Origin: Chlamydiia bacterium
GTDB taxonomy: Bacteria > Chlamydiota > Chlamydiia > Chlamydiales > GCA-2402025
DNA: 64,000 nt
Reading direction: 5' to 3'
NCBI GenBank assembly: GCA_030427725.1
Contig: JAUICV010000001.1
Location: 797,298-861,297, forward strand
A model generated the notes under the pieces. It saw only the letters and a program-made list of their open reading frames with translations. It was not told where the DNA came from and searched no databases. A program made the position numbers and the translations under genes. Positions 1 to 11,078 of this stretch are shown here, one piece after another; within the stretch, counting starts at the first letter, position 1; each line of letters opens with the position of its first letter.

Positions 1-636
1 TAGATTAAATAAGAGCAACATAGCCATGTAATAGCTTGAGGGATTAAACCCCTTTTCAGCTTGCCATAGCCCTAACTTAGCTTTGTCCCCTTTCATCGAC
101 AACTCATATACAAATGAAGCTATTTCAACTGAAGCGTCCACAAGTTTTTGATTTTGTGATGCTATTCCAAAAGTTCCAAATAAAATTGCTTTAAAAGCTA
201 ATGTCTCAGGATTTGGTAGCTCTTTGTCATCTGATGTACTTCCAACTTTTAGTAATGTTTTCTGAAGATCTTTATTTGCATAAAATGAATCAAACTCTTC
301 CAATCCCAATAGATCTTTAATCGCTTGTTTTAAAAGCTCTGATTTAGAAGTAACATTATATCTTTCAAAGGATAAAATCCTTTTGTAAATCGGAATAAAA
401 AGATCAAGGGTTTTAGCCTTTTTTTGAAATGAAAGTTTACTAAGCAAAAGAAGCGCAAGCGTTCTTATTTCTAAACTTAGGTAATCATTTTCAGAATCAA
501 CCTGAAATAAAAAACACTCCCCAGCAAGATTTTGTATATCATCTAGAGGGAGCATTTCATGAAAAAAAACTTTCTTGCAGGCTGCTATGAAAGCATCTTG
601 CTCATTTAGATTCTCTAAGAACTTTGTAAAAGCCAT
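1..636 (-). CDS. hypothetical protein, 3' end cut by window edge
   Basis: Absent from the ORF track because it runs off the window. My translation of the minus strand from ATG at 636..634 gives an open frame (MAFTKFLENLNEQDAFIAACKKVFFHEMLPLDD...) down to position 1, 212 codons. No family recognised. Confidence 0.4.
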   Translation of the reverse strand, partial: MAFTKFLENLNEQDAFIAACKKVFFHEMLPLDDIQNLAGECFLFQVDSENDYLSLEIRTLALLLLSKLSFQKKAKTLDLFIPIYKRILSFERYNVTSKSELLKQAIKDLLGLEEFDSFYANKDLQKTLLKVGSTSDDKELPNPETLAFKAILFGTFGIASQNQKLVDASVEIASFVYELSMKGDKAKLGLWQAEKGFNPSSYYMAMLLLFNL

Positions 637-693
637 TTGAAACAAATTTGTCATACATCTCACATATCGGGTTTTGAAGGCTTAAACAAACGC

Positions 694-1026
694 TTATAAG
701 GATGAAAATTCTTTTTCAACCTCTTGAGACTCTGATTTTGGGGTTTCTATCGCGTGTTTCATTTTCTTTCCAGGAGTAAATTTGACAGCATTTCGAGCGG
801 GAATAATGATTGGCACATCAGCGTTTTTTGGATTACGTCCAATTTTTTGTTTTCTTTCAACGACCTCAAAGACACCGAAATCTCTAAATTCCAAACGGTC
901 TCCTTGGGACAGACTTTCTGTCATCTCATCTAAAAAAGCCTGCACAACTCCGCGAACTTCATTAGGGTGCATGCCCTTTTTTTGAGATATTAGTTGAATA
1001 AGTTTCTTTTTAGTAACTGTCGCCAT
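694..1026 (-). CDS. HU/IHF-family DNA-binding protein
   Basis: 110 aa. Typical HU/IHF pattern: ...LEFRDFGVFEVVERKQKIGRNPKNADVPIIIPARNAVKFTPGKKMK (beta-arm with RNP...P). Short acidic C-terminal tail. Confidence 0.85.
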   Translation of the reverse strand: MATVTKKKLIQLISQKKGMHPNEVRGVVQAFLDEMTESLSQGDRLEFRDFGVFEVVERKQKIGRNPKNADVPIIIPARNAVKFTPGKKMKHAIETPKSESQEVEKEFSSL

Positions 1027-1136
1027 GAACTTCTCCTTTAATTTTGAGCTGAGAGAGCGAACATAATTATTCTATTTCGTCACAAACCCCATTGTTGTAT
1101 CATGTTGATTTTCAGACAAGTTCTTTTTTTTGAAAC

Positions 1137-2411
1137 TTATGAAAGTGCTTCTATTAACATTCTCTTTTTCTTTCCAGCGCTAATTAACAGAAACTCTTTC
1201 CCTATTAAATCAGCTTCTTCAATAACACGTTTTGGATCAGATATTTTCTGATTGTTGAGATAGGCTCCACCGTTTTTGACCAAACGAGTTGCCTCAGATT
1301 TTGAAGTGATAAGCCCAGAAAGAACGGCTATATCAATATAACTTTTCCCAATAATTTCTTTTGCCTGAACAGACGATGTGGGAAGATCTCCTTTAATTTC
1401 TTTTAACGTCTCATGATCTAACGAAGCCTTAGAACCTGGCGCAGCTGCTAATGTCACTTTCTGGGCAGTTTCTAATCCTTGCTCTTTGTGAACGAATTGT
1501 GTAACCGTCTCTGCAAGTAACTTCTGTAGAAAATTTGGAGGTAGCTCATTGTTTTCTAACTGCTGCTGCATAGACTCAATCTCTTTGATATCTATAAAGG
1601 TTAGCATTTTTAATAAGGTAATGACATCTGCATCTGGAATTTTATACAAATACTGATAAAACTTATAAGGGCTACACATGTCTGCAGAAAGCCAAATAGC
1701 GCCTCCCTCAGACTTCCCAAATTTTTTACCATCGCTTCTTGTTATTAATGGAAAAGTCATCCCAAAAACACTTTCTCCACTAATTTTTCTCGTATATTCG
1801 ATTCCAGCTGTGATATTTCCCCATTGATCACTTCCACCAATCTGAAGTTTTGCTCCATGGGTTTGATTTAGATGGTAAAAATCGTAACCTTGAAGTACTT
1901 GATAACTAAACTCAGTGTAGCTCATTCCTTCACTAGAGTTTAGCCTCGTCTTCACACTCTCTTTTGCCAGCATTGAGCCCATTCGAAATTGTTTTCCAAT
2001 GTCTCTTAAGTATTCTGTGGCACTCATTTTCGAATACCATGAATCGTTGTCAACGATAATTGGTCTAGTTTTTTCATCAGAAAAATCTAAGATAGTTTCA
2101 AGCTGCTTTTTTATTGCTTCAACATTTGTTTTCAACACGTCTTCGGATAGAAGTGGTCTTTCTTGGGACTTTCCTGAAGGGTCTCCTATTTTACCTGTAG
2201 CTCCGCCAACTAATAAAATTGGTTTATGTCCGTGTTTTTGTAGCCAAGCTGTTGCTATGATACCAACTAAATTTCCTAAATGAAGACTTTTTGCTGTTGG
2301 ATCACATCCGAAGTAAAACGTGATAGGCTGATCGGTAAGCTTTATCAACTCATCACTTGATAAAGAATCGATAAATGACCTATTTTTTAAAATCTGTATC
2401 ACGTTTTCCAT
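1137..2411 (-). CDS. tyrS: tyrosyl-tRNA synthetase
   Basis: 424 aa. Class I HIGH-type motif (SLHLGNLVG), KMSKS-type KFGKS, and a C-terminal S4-like domain (ATRLVKNGGAYLNNQKI). Confidence 0.95.
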   Translation of the reverse strand: MENVIQILKNRSFIDSLSSDELIKLTDQPITFYFGCDPTAKSLHLGNLVGIIATAWLQKHGHKPILLVGGATGKIGDPSGKSQERPLLSEDVLKTNVEAIKKQLETILDFSDEKTRPIIVDNDSWYSKMSATEYLRDIGKQFRMGSMLAKESVKTRLNSSEGMSYTEFSYQVLQGYDFYHLNQTHGAKLQIGGSDQWGNITAGIEYTRKISGESVFGMTFPLITRSDGKKFGKSEGGAIWLSADMCSPYKFYQYLYKIPDADVITLLKMLTFIDIKEIESMQQQLENNELPPNFLQKLLAETVTQFVHKEQGLETAQKVTLAAAPGSKASLDHETLKEIKGDLPTSSVQAKEIIGKSYIDIAVLSGLITSKSEATRLVKNGGAYLNNQKISDPKRVIEEADLIGKEFLLISAGKKKRMLIEALS

Positions 2412-2460
2412 CTAAAACACCCAAACTAAATTATTTATAAGTAAGATGTTACTAGAAACT

Positions 2461-2811
2461 TCAGAAAGTGTCTACTGGCTCTTTATCACTTAGAGTTGAA
2501 TCTTCTATTTTTGTGATTTGCAAATCCTTGAACTGCTCATTGAGCCTTAAAACAAAGTTTGAAATTTTTTGAGAGACCTTAGCTGCGTTTTGATTTTCAT
2601 CAAACAAAGATATATCTTTATTTTTTAGAGGGATTCTATGAAGAGCATGTCTCGAAATCCATCTATGGATCTCATTTACTTTTCTATCTAAAGCTTGCTG
2701 GGTAACCCTTTCATCAATCAATGCAAGGTGCTTAACTAGTTTTTTTCTTAACTTTTTTGTTTTCTCACTTTCTTCAGCAAAAATTTCCAATAAATTTTCA
2801 TCTGCGCTCAT
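2461..2811 (-). CDS. hypothetical protein
   Basis: 116-aa ORF in a compact same-strand gene string. No motif recognised. Confidence 0.4.
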   Translation of the reverse strand: MSADENLLEIFAEESEKTKKLRKKLVKHLALIDERVTQQALDRKVNEIHRWISRHALHRIPLKNKDISLFDENQNAAKVSQKISNFVLRLNEQFKDLQITKIEDSTLSDKEPVDTF

Positions 2812-2886
2812 AATAGACCATCTCCTAATAGCTTCCCATCACAGGCCGATCTAGATGTTATTGCATAAGCTTTTTGTTGAAAAGGT

Positions 2887-3309
2887 TTAGTTCAAACCTT
2901 CTTGATAGGGAGTCACTTTTTCAAGAACGTCTTTATGACAGTATATGGGGATATCCCCAGATATTGACAAAGTTAAACAATCACTAGGACGTGCATCTAG
3001 TTCTAAAATTTTTTTCTTATCACTGACACTCTGTTCTATAAACAACTTCGCAAAATAGATAGTATCTTGAACGTCATAGATAACTGTTTGAACAACTTTC
3101 GCATCTAAACCTTCTAATGCATTTTTCAAAAGCTCAGTTGTCATGGGTCTTGGAGCTCCTTTTTCGCTGAGCTGTTCCTGAAGATGTAACCCAACTTTTG
3201 GATCAGCAAAAATAGAGAATTTTTTTCCCTCCCCTTCTAATACAAATGCCGTATAGGTACTTGTTTGCATAATCTTAAAAACATTTAGAGGTACATACTG
3301 ATCTGGCAT
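2887..3309 (-). CDS. bifunctional nuclease (DUF151/BFN) family protein
   Basis: 140 aa. Family-typical PRPMTTELL and LDARPSDCLTLS segments. Start abuts the stop of rpiA. Confidence 0.7.
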   Translation of the reverse strand: MPDQYVPLNVFKIMQTSTYTAFVLEGEGKKFSIFADPKVGLHLQEQLSEKGAPRPMTTELLKNALEGLDAKVVQTVIYDVQDTIYFAKLFIEQSVSDKKKILELDARPSDCLTLSISGDIPIYCHKDVLEKVTPYQEGLN

Positions 3310-3992
3310 TATAAAGTCCTCTCTTGCACGGTTCCATTTGAGTTCCCTATTATGAGATGTTTTGAGACATCAAAAAAAAGACCCGTTTCAATCACTCCAG
3401 GTATTTCTATGAGCTTTTGATGAAGGGTTTTAGCGTCTTTTGCAGGTTCTCTAAGCTTAATATCGAAAATATAATTTCCATTATCTGTAATAAAAAGATT
3501 TCCAGGACTTTGCTCTCTTAACGATCCAACGTAGCTTAACTTTTCTAATTTAAACAGCGTTGCCGAAACTCCAAATGGCAACACTTCTATCGGCAATACG
3601 CATTTACCTAGAGTATCTACAACTTTTGAGTGATCAACTATTACAATCATTTTTTTCGACGAGCTTGCGAGGATTTTCTCACGAAAAAGAGCCCCTCCTC
3701 CGCCTTTGATCATCTGAAATTTATTATCGATCTCATCTGCACCATCTACCGTTATATCAATCTCTCGCAGCTTATCTAAACTCAAGGTTTTTATTCCCCC
3801 TTTGAGAGCTTGTTCTTCTGATTTTTTAGAGCTAAATACAGCCTGAACATCTAAACCATTTTTAACTTTTTCGATAAGTTTTTCGATAAAATAGTAAACC
3901 GTTGAACCTGTACCAATGCCAACAATTGAATGATCTTGAATGTAAGAAGCAGCTCTTTCAGCTGCGGCTTTTTTTTCCTTGTCCTGACTCAT
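3309..3992 (-). CDS. rpiA: ribose-5-phosphate isomerase A
   Basis: 227 aa. Motifs GIGTGSTV, VDGADEID and KGGGGALFREK are typical of RpiA. Confidence 0.9.
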   Translation of the reverse strand: MSQDKEKKAAAERAASYIQDHSIVGIGTGSTVYYFIEKLIEKVKNGLDVQAVFSSKKSEEQALKGGIKTLSLDKLREIDITVDGADEIDNKFQMIKGGGGALFREKILASSSKKMIVIVDHSKVVDTLGKCVLPIEVLPFGVSATLFKLEKLSYVGSLREQSPGNLFITDNGNYIFDIKLREPAKDAKTLHQKLIEIPGVIETGLFFDVSKHLIIGNSNGTVQERTL

Positions 3993-4077
3993 ATTCCTTA
4001 GAATCTGTTTGAACTACTTAGTCTTACTCTTGTCCAAAAGAGCGATTCATGACAAGCATTTCCTTAATTTATCAAAT

Positions 4078-4356
4078 TTAGAACTCTATATTGAACTTTG
4101 TTTGGGCGAGATGAATAAGTGCAGCAACTGCTTCGTCTGCATCTATTCCTTCAGCTTCCACCGTGATTTTTGACCCTTTTGCTGCAGCTAGCATTAAAAT
4201 GCCTAAAAGAGATTTTGCGTTGACTGTCAGATCCTGATAAGTCAAGGCTATGTTTGATTTAAAAGAAGAGGCACATTTGACAAGCTCTGTGGCAGGTCTT
4301 GTATGAAGCCCCTTCTCATTCATAATGACAATAAGATCTTTTGCTTTTTTTTTCAT
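4078..4356 (-). CDS. ptsH: phosphocarrier protein HPr
   Basis: Active-site His motif GLHTRPA and typical HPr length. The track ORF (4078..4380) starts at a GTG. The internal ATG (MKKKAKDLIVIMNEKGLHTRPA) gives the canonical spacing, so it is used here. Confidence 0.85.
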   Translation of the reverse strand: MKKKAKDLIVIMNEKGLHTRPATELVKCASSFKSNIALTYQDLTVNAKSLLGILMLAAAKGSKITVEAEGIDADEAVAALIHLAQTKFNIEF

Positions 4357-4432
4357 GTTATCAAGCTTAGTTAAATGCACAGCTAATATTGGATACCTGT
4401 TTAAAGCATTTCAATCAACGTTAAAAATATAG

Positions 4433-6244
4433 CTATCCATTAGTTAGAAGCTTGTTTGAAAGGGATTCAAACTGTTTTGTTAAAGATTCAAATCTCTTAC
4501 AAAGTTTCTCTGTTGGATCTTTTGTCGCCATATCCACTCCAGCATGTCTCAAAAGAGCTACTGGATCTTTTGAACAGCCCATAGAGAGAAATTCAAGATA
4601 TTTAGTAGGATCTTTCGTTTCCAAAACTTGATCTGCTAAGCTTAGAGCTGCGCTAATACCTGTCGCATACTGATAAACATAAAAATTGCTATAAAAGTGA
4701 GGAATTCTTAGATATTCACAAGCCAAAAATTGATCGGCCTGAAAATCTTTCCCGTAATATTTTTCACAAAGGGAAGCGTAAAGATTCTTTAAAATCCCAG
4801 CATTTAAAGGATGCCCACTTTCAGCTAGCTTATGCATTTCGAGCTCAAATTCTGCAAACAGGGTCTGCCTAAAAAATGTAGCTCGAATTCCATCTATTTT
4901 TTGATGAATTAAATAACTTCTCTCCTCTTCTGAAGAAGCTTTTTTAAGCAAATACTGAAACACAAGTTCTTCGTTAAATGTAGACGCTACCTCAGCTACA
5001 AAAATGACATATTGGCTGTAGATGTATGGTTGATTTTTTGTACTAAAGTAAGTGTGCATACTATGCCCAGCTTCATGAGCTAAGGTCATTACATCATTTA
5101 AAGTTCCTTGAAAATTCATCAAGATAAATGGATGTGAATCAAAACAGCCTGATGAATAGGCTCCAGATCTTTTTGACTCATTTTCAAAAGGATCAACCCA
5201 TCTTTGTTCATTTAATCCTTTTTCTAAGATTTCTTGATATTCTTTACCTAAAGGCTCTGTTGCTTCTATAACAATTTGTTTCGCTTCTTCGTAAGAAAAT
5301 TCGTACTTAAAATCATTAGCACATGGAACATACATGTCATAACCACAAATCTTATCAACTCCAAGGAGGTCCTTTCTTAAAGAAATGTACTTATGAAGAG
5401 GTTCCAAATTCTCACTGGCCGCTTCTAAAAGCATCTGATAAACGCTCGGATCAATCTCATTTTGATAAAGAGCTGACTGCATACAACTCTCATACCCCCT
5501 CGCTTCTTTATTCATGACATGTGTTTGTACATGTCCATGTAACAGCTCAGAAATTGTATTTTCAAATGAACCGAAACTATAGTGCATAGCTTCGAAAGCA
5601 TTCTTTCTTAGAGCTCTATCATTAGACTGCATATACAAAGAGTAAAGACTGTGAGTCAATTCATGCTCAACATTATGTTCATCCAACACTTTTGGAAACT
5701 TCAAATCAACATTGTTAAGCAATGAAAAGGTGTTTCTTGACGTTCCAAGCGCTTTTCCACCTAATGCAAAAAGCCTCTCTTCATTTTCTGAGAGAGTATA
5801 TTCTTTAAGCCTTAAAACCTTTTTTAAAAACAAGTGATATAGCTGAAGAGACTCATCTTTTAGATAGGCTTCAAATGTTTCTTTAGGAATCTTTAGAATT
5901 TCTGGTTGAATCCAAGCCGTTTCAGTTTGATACTTCACAACAAAAAACATGATCTCATCATGAGCTTTTTTATGATCTTGGTTCGATATTTCTTCATCAA
6001 GCCTTAGGTGAGCATACACGTAGAGTTTTTCAAGTTTACGATCAAAATTAGAAGAAAGATCTAAAAGTTCCTTTAAATTTGTCGCACTCTGATCCAGTTT
6101 ACCCTTATACGACTGGATGCTTTCAAATATTTTTTTATCATTTATTGTTTTGGTAAATTCGTCTCTCCAAGTTTGCATATCTTTATACAAACTACTTACA
6201 TCCCAAGTTTTTACATCTTCAACTTCAGATCTCTTTTTAGCCAT
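4433..6244 (-). CDS. pepF: oligoendopeptidase F (M3B metallopeptidase)
   Basis: 603 aa. Zinc motif HEAGHSMH with a downstream E (FVAEVAS). Divergent from groES as in Chlamydia. Confidence 0.9.
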   Translation of the reverse strand: MAKKRSEVEDVKTWDVSSLYKDMQTWRDEFTKTINDKKIFESIQSYKGKLDQSATNLKELLDLSSNFDRKLEKLYVYAHLRLDEEISNQDHKKAHDEIMFFVVKYQTETAWIQPEILKIPKETFEAYLKDESLQLYHLFLKKVLRLKEYTLSENEERLFALGGKALGTSRNTFSLLNNVDLKFPKVLDEHNVEHELTHSLYSLYMQSNDRALRKNAFEAMHYSFGSFENTISELLHGHVQTHVMNKEARGYESCMQSALYQNEIDPSVYQMLLEAASENLEPLHKYISLRKDLLGVDKICGYDMYVPCANDFKYEFSYEEAKQIVIEATEPLGKEYQEILEKGLNEQRWVDPFENESKRSGAYSSGCFDSHPFILMNFQGTLNDVMTLAHEAGHSMHTYFSTKNQPYIYSQYVIFVAEVASTFNEELVFQYLLKKASSEEERSYLIHQKIDGIRATFFRQTLFAEFELEMHKLAESGHPLNAGILKNLYASLCEKYYGKDFQADQFLACEYLRIPHFYSNFYVYQYATGISAALSLADQVLETKDPTKYLEFLSMGCSKDPVALLRHAGVDMATKDPTEKLCKRFESLTKQFESLSNKLLTNG

Positions 6245-6320
6245 AACATCCTCATTTCATATAAGTTATCATTAAGGATTGGATCTTAATCCTCTTAGAA
6301 ATAAACATCAAATTTTAAAA

Positions 6321-6347
6321 TTAGCACTACAAGTTTTTAACTGCTAA
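6321..6347 (+). promoter_or_regulatory. CIRCE-like HrcA operator upstream of groES
   Basis: TTAGCACTA-N9-AACTGCTAA versus consensus TTAGCACTC-N9-GAGTGCTAA (8/9 and 7/9 matches, correct 9-nt spacer). Lies about 93 nt upstream of the groES start. Confidence 0.55.
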
Positions 6348-6353
6348 ATTTCT

Positions 6354-6382
6354 TTGATAAAAAAGCGTATTTTTTCTATCAT
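6354..6382 (+). promoter_or_regulatory. candidate sigma-66/70-type promoter for groES-groEL
   Basis: TTGATA-N17-TATCAT read directly from the sequence, immediately downstream of the CIRCE-like repeat. Confidence 0.3.
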
Positions 6383-6439
6383 GTCGTCTTTACAAAAGTT
6401 AAAACCTCACCTTTTTAGAGAATTCAAGGAGGAATTTGA

Positions 6440-6745
6440 ATGACTCAAACAAAATTAGCAATTAGACCTTTAGGAAATCGTGTACTTCTCAAAAGAGAGG
6501 AAGAAGAGTCTACTTTGAAGGGCGGCATCATCTTACCAGATAGCGCCAAGAAGAAACAAGAAACTGCTACAGTTGTCGCAGTTGGACCTGGAAAGCTAAA
6601 CAAAGACGGTGATTTAGTATCTCCCGGGGTCAAAGCTGGAGATGTTGTTTTCATGGACAAATATAGCGGACAGGAAGTCACTGTTGACGATGAAGAATAC
6701 ATCATCGTAAATGCTGACGAAATCGTAGCTATCTTAGAAAAGTAA
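6440..6745 (+). CDS. groES: co-chaperonin GroES
   Basis: 101 aa. IRPLGNRVLLKR...GGIILPDSAKKK...G.V.AVGPG is the classical Cpn10 pattern. Confidence 0.95.
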   Translation: MTQTKLAIRPLGNRVLLKREEEESTLKGGIILPDSAKKKQETATVVAVGPGKLNKDGDLVSPGVKAGDVVFMDKYSGQEVTVDDEEYIIVNADEIVAILEK

Positions 6746-6758
6746 AAAGTTAATTTAA

Positions 6759-8414
<1,656 letters not shown>

Positions 8415-8445
8415 AGAGCCTTTCTACAAGTCTTTATTTATAGAA

Positions 8446-8478
8446 GCGCCATAAGCGAAAGGTTATGGCGCTTTTTTT
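8446..8478 (+). terminator. rho-independent terminator after groEL
   Basis: Perfect 9-bp stem GCGCCATAA/TTATGGCGC, 8-nt loop, then T7. Confidence 0.7.
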
Positions 8479-8541
8479 ATCTTTATTTTTTCTTGAAAAA
8501 CTCCTCTGGTTATTCCATATAGAAATAAAGGGAGGTAAGCT

Positions 8542-9297
8542 ATGAGCCCCAAAAGACCTGTTGTGGTTTGGATTGTTTTTATTGCTATGCTTTTAGCGCT
8601 AGGAACATTTTTATATCTTCGAATTGGAACTGTTATTTCTGACAGCCTATCAGCTAAACTTGGTGTTAAAACTAAAGTAGACAACATCAATCTTTTAGAA
8701 AAAGGTCTTGAACTAGAGGGTTTCAAGATTCAAAATCCAAGACACTCCCCTGTTAAAAATGCATTAACAATAGAAAACCTAGGTGTTAAAACTCCCTGGA
8801 TGCAAGTCTTTGCTAATCCCATTATACTAGATGAGATTTCCTTAGAGAATGTTTATGTTAGCTTAGTCATGTCAAGAGATCACAAAAGCGCTTGCAACTG
8901 GAATATTTTGATCAATAATATGTCCAGCGGATCCCCCAAATGGTACTCCATAAAAAGAACCGCCTTAATAAAACATCTAGTTTTGAAAAATGTCACGATT
9001 GAGATCCAACTGTTTGGAAAAAAACCTCAAACCCTCTCTCCAATAGACAAACTTGAATTTTTTAACATAGATGTTAAAGAAGGGATTCCGACTAATGAAA
9101 TTTCAAGTATTATAGTAAATAAAATGATTGGATCTATTTTTTCATTAAACACTGTTAAAAGTATACTCGGCCTTCCCTTTGAAGCATTTAAGTTTATTTT
9201 CACACCAGGAAGTAGTGAAGGAGGGGACGACCCTTGCCCAATGTACCCAAACTATGGAAAGAAAACTAAATCTACCAACAAAGAAGAGCATCAGTAA
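8542..9297 (+). CDS. hypothetical membrane-anchored protein
   Basis: 251 aa. Single N-terminal TM (VVVWIVFIAMLLALGTFLYL). No family recognised. Confidence 0.45.
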   Translation: MSPKRPVVVWIVFIAMLLALGTFLYLRIGTVISDSLSAKLGVKTKVDNINLLEKGLELEGFKIQNPRHSPVKNALTIENLGVKTPWMQVFANPIILDEISLENVYVSLVMSRDHKSACNWNILINNMSSGSPKWYSIKRTALIKHLVLKNVTIEIQLFGKKPQTLSPIDKLEFFNIDVKEGIPTNEISSIIVNKMIGSIFSLNTVKSILGLPFEAFKFIFTPGSSEGGDDPCPMYPNYGKKTKSTNKEEHQ

Positions 9298-9300
9298 GCT

Positions 9301-10914
9301 CTAGTCTAAAGTAGCCCATTTAAAATCCAAAGATCCAACCGGAGTGATCAAAACCTTTTTTAAATGAGGCTGCTTTAGGTAGTAGTTCATTGGAAAAAAA
9401 ATAGGAGCTACCGGCATTTCATCCATAAAGATTTCTTCCGCTTTAGAAATGAAGTATTTTCTACTTTTAATATCTGGCGCTTTTTTTGCTTCAAGAAGTA
9501 AATCTTGGAATTTTTTTGATTCCCAATGAGCATAATTCACAAGCTGATTTTTCTTTTTGAACAAAGCTAAAAAATATAGAGGGTCTAGGTGTTGAGTGGC
9601 TCTAGTAATTCCTGCCATCTGATACTTTTTGCTCTTAATATCACTTAAAAACACTTGCCACTCTGTGCTCTGTAAAGAAATTTTAATTCCCAGCGCTTTT
9701 TCCCACTGCTGTTGCAGAGCTTGTGCTAAAAGTCTCCTTGAATGAATATTAGGAAATGAATAGACAATCTTTGGAAAGGATTCTTTTGAAAGTCCTAATT
9801 CTAACATCCCCTCTTGCAAAAGCTCCTTAGCTTTTACAAGATCTCCATCTTCGAAATAATTTTGCTTATCAGCATGCATTGTTCTTGGAAGCAGTGAAAG
9901 CGCTATCTCTTCTCCACCATGAGAGACATAATCTACTAAATCTTTTCTATTAATAGCTAAAGTTAAAGCTTTTCTAATCTTAGGATTGTTCAAAGGGTAA
10001 GCTTCCGTATTGAAACAACAAAAATACAAAGAGCTGGATCTATAACTACCAAAATTTGGAGAGTTTTTAAGCTTCGAAAGAGCATCAACAGGAAGTAATG
10101 ATAGAGGGGCTCCGATCCAGTCTAGCTCTTTAGATTCATACATCGAAATCTGAGTCATCTCATCTTCAATGATATACAACTCAACTCCATCTAACTGCAC
10201 ATTTTGCTCATCCCAATAGTAAGGATTTTTTTTCAGTGAAATTTTATTACGGTGAAACCATCTTTTTATAACAAATGGACCACATCCTACAAAATGTTTC
10301 AGAGTCAAATCGCTCCAATTAGGATGTTTTAGATCAATTCGTCTATTGATCGGAAAAAAACTTTTATTAGAAATAAGTTCTAGAAAGTATGGATCAGCCT
10401 CTTCAAGGGTTATAACAAGTTTTGAGGAGCCTTCTGCCTTTACACCTACTTTTTCAAAGTCCTTTTGAGATTGATATGCCTTTTTCGCATGTTTTATATT
10501 GAACATATATTCGGGATTGTGAGCCAAAAAGGATTTGTCTAGGATTTTTTTCCAGCTATACTCGAAATCATATGCAGTCAAAAGCTCACCATTTGACCAG
10601 TAGGCTTCCCTGAGCGTAAATTCATACCTCCTACCCTTTTTCCCAACTTTAAAACTTTTAGCCAAAGAAAGTTCTATCTTTCCATCAAACGTCCTTCTAG
10701 TCAGACCATCGTAACAAAAATTAAAAAACTGAGAAGTAACCCCGTCAGAACTCTTTCTAGGATCCAGCGAAAGAGGCTCAGAAATTAAAGAAATTTTAGC
10801 TACTTTTTCACTCTTTTCAAAAGGGGTTGGAGTGTCCTTAAAGTAGAAATATTGTAAGACAAGTAAAGCCAAACAGAAAACCGAAAAAATAATAGCTAGA
10901 TATATACGTTTCAT
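9301..10914 (-). CDS. ABC transporter substrate-binding protein (family 5, oligopeptide-binding-like)
   Basis: 537 aa. N-terminal leader, SLDPRKSSDGVTSQFFNFCYDGLTR-type start of SBP_bac_5 and typical length. No permease or ATPase genes adjacent. Confidence 0.8.
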   Translation of the reverse strand: MKRIYLAIIFSVFCLALLVLQYFYFKDTPTPFEKSEKVAKISLISEPLSLDPRKSSDGVTSQFFNFCYDGLTRRTFDGKIELSLAKSFKVGKKGRRYEFTLREAYWSNGELLTAYDFEYSWKKILDKSFLAHNPEYMFNIKHAKKAYQSQKDFEKVGVKAEGSSKLVITLEEADPYFLELISNKSFFPINRRIDLKHPNWSDLTLKHFVGCGPFVIKRWFHRNKISLKKNPYYWDEQNVQLDGVELYIIEDEMTQISMYESKELDWIGAPLSLLPVDALSKLKNSPNFGSYRSSSLYFCCFNTEAYPLNNPKIRKALTLAINRKDLVDYVSHGGEEIALSLLPRTMHADKQNYFEDGDLVKAKELLQEGMLELGLSKESFPKIVYSFPNIHSRRLLAQALQQQWEKALGIKISLQSTEWQVFLSDIKSKKYQMAGITRATQHLDPLYFLALFKKKNQLVNYAHWESKKFQDLLLEAKKAPDIKSRKYFISKAEEIFMDEMPVAPIFFPMNYYLKQPHLKKVLITPVGSLDFKWATLD

Positions 10915-11078
10915 AGAGCCTTTTATGATACTACACGTTGGAAGCCACTATAGCACACCCATGATCTCTCGTCATGAAAAAATATAAAAAAAAGATCGAT
11001 TATCGTATGATCTATCTTTTTTTTCGTATAAGAGTTTCTGCAATATACAGCTCTTCCAAAAACGCTTAAAAGGCCGTT

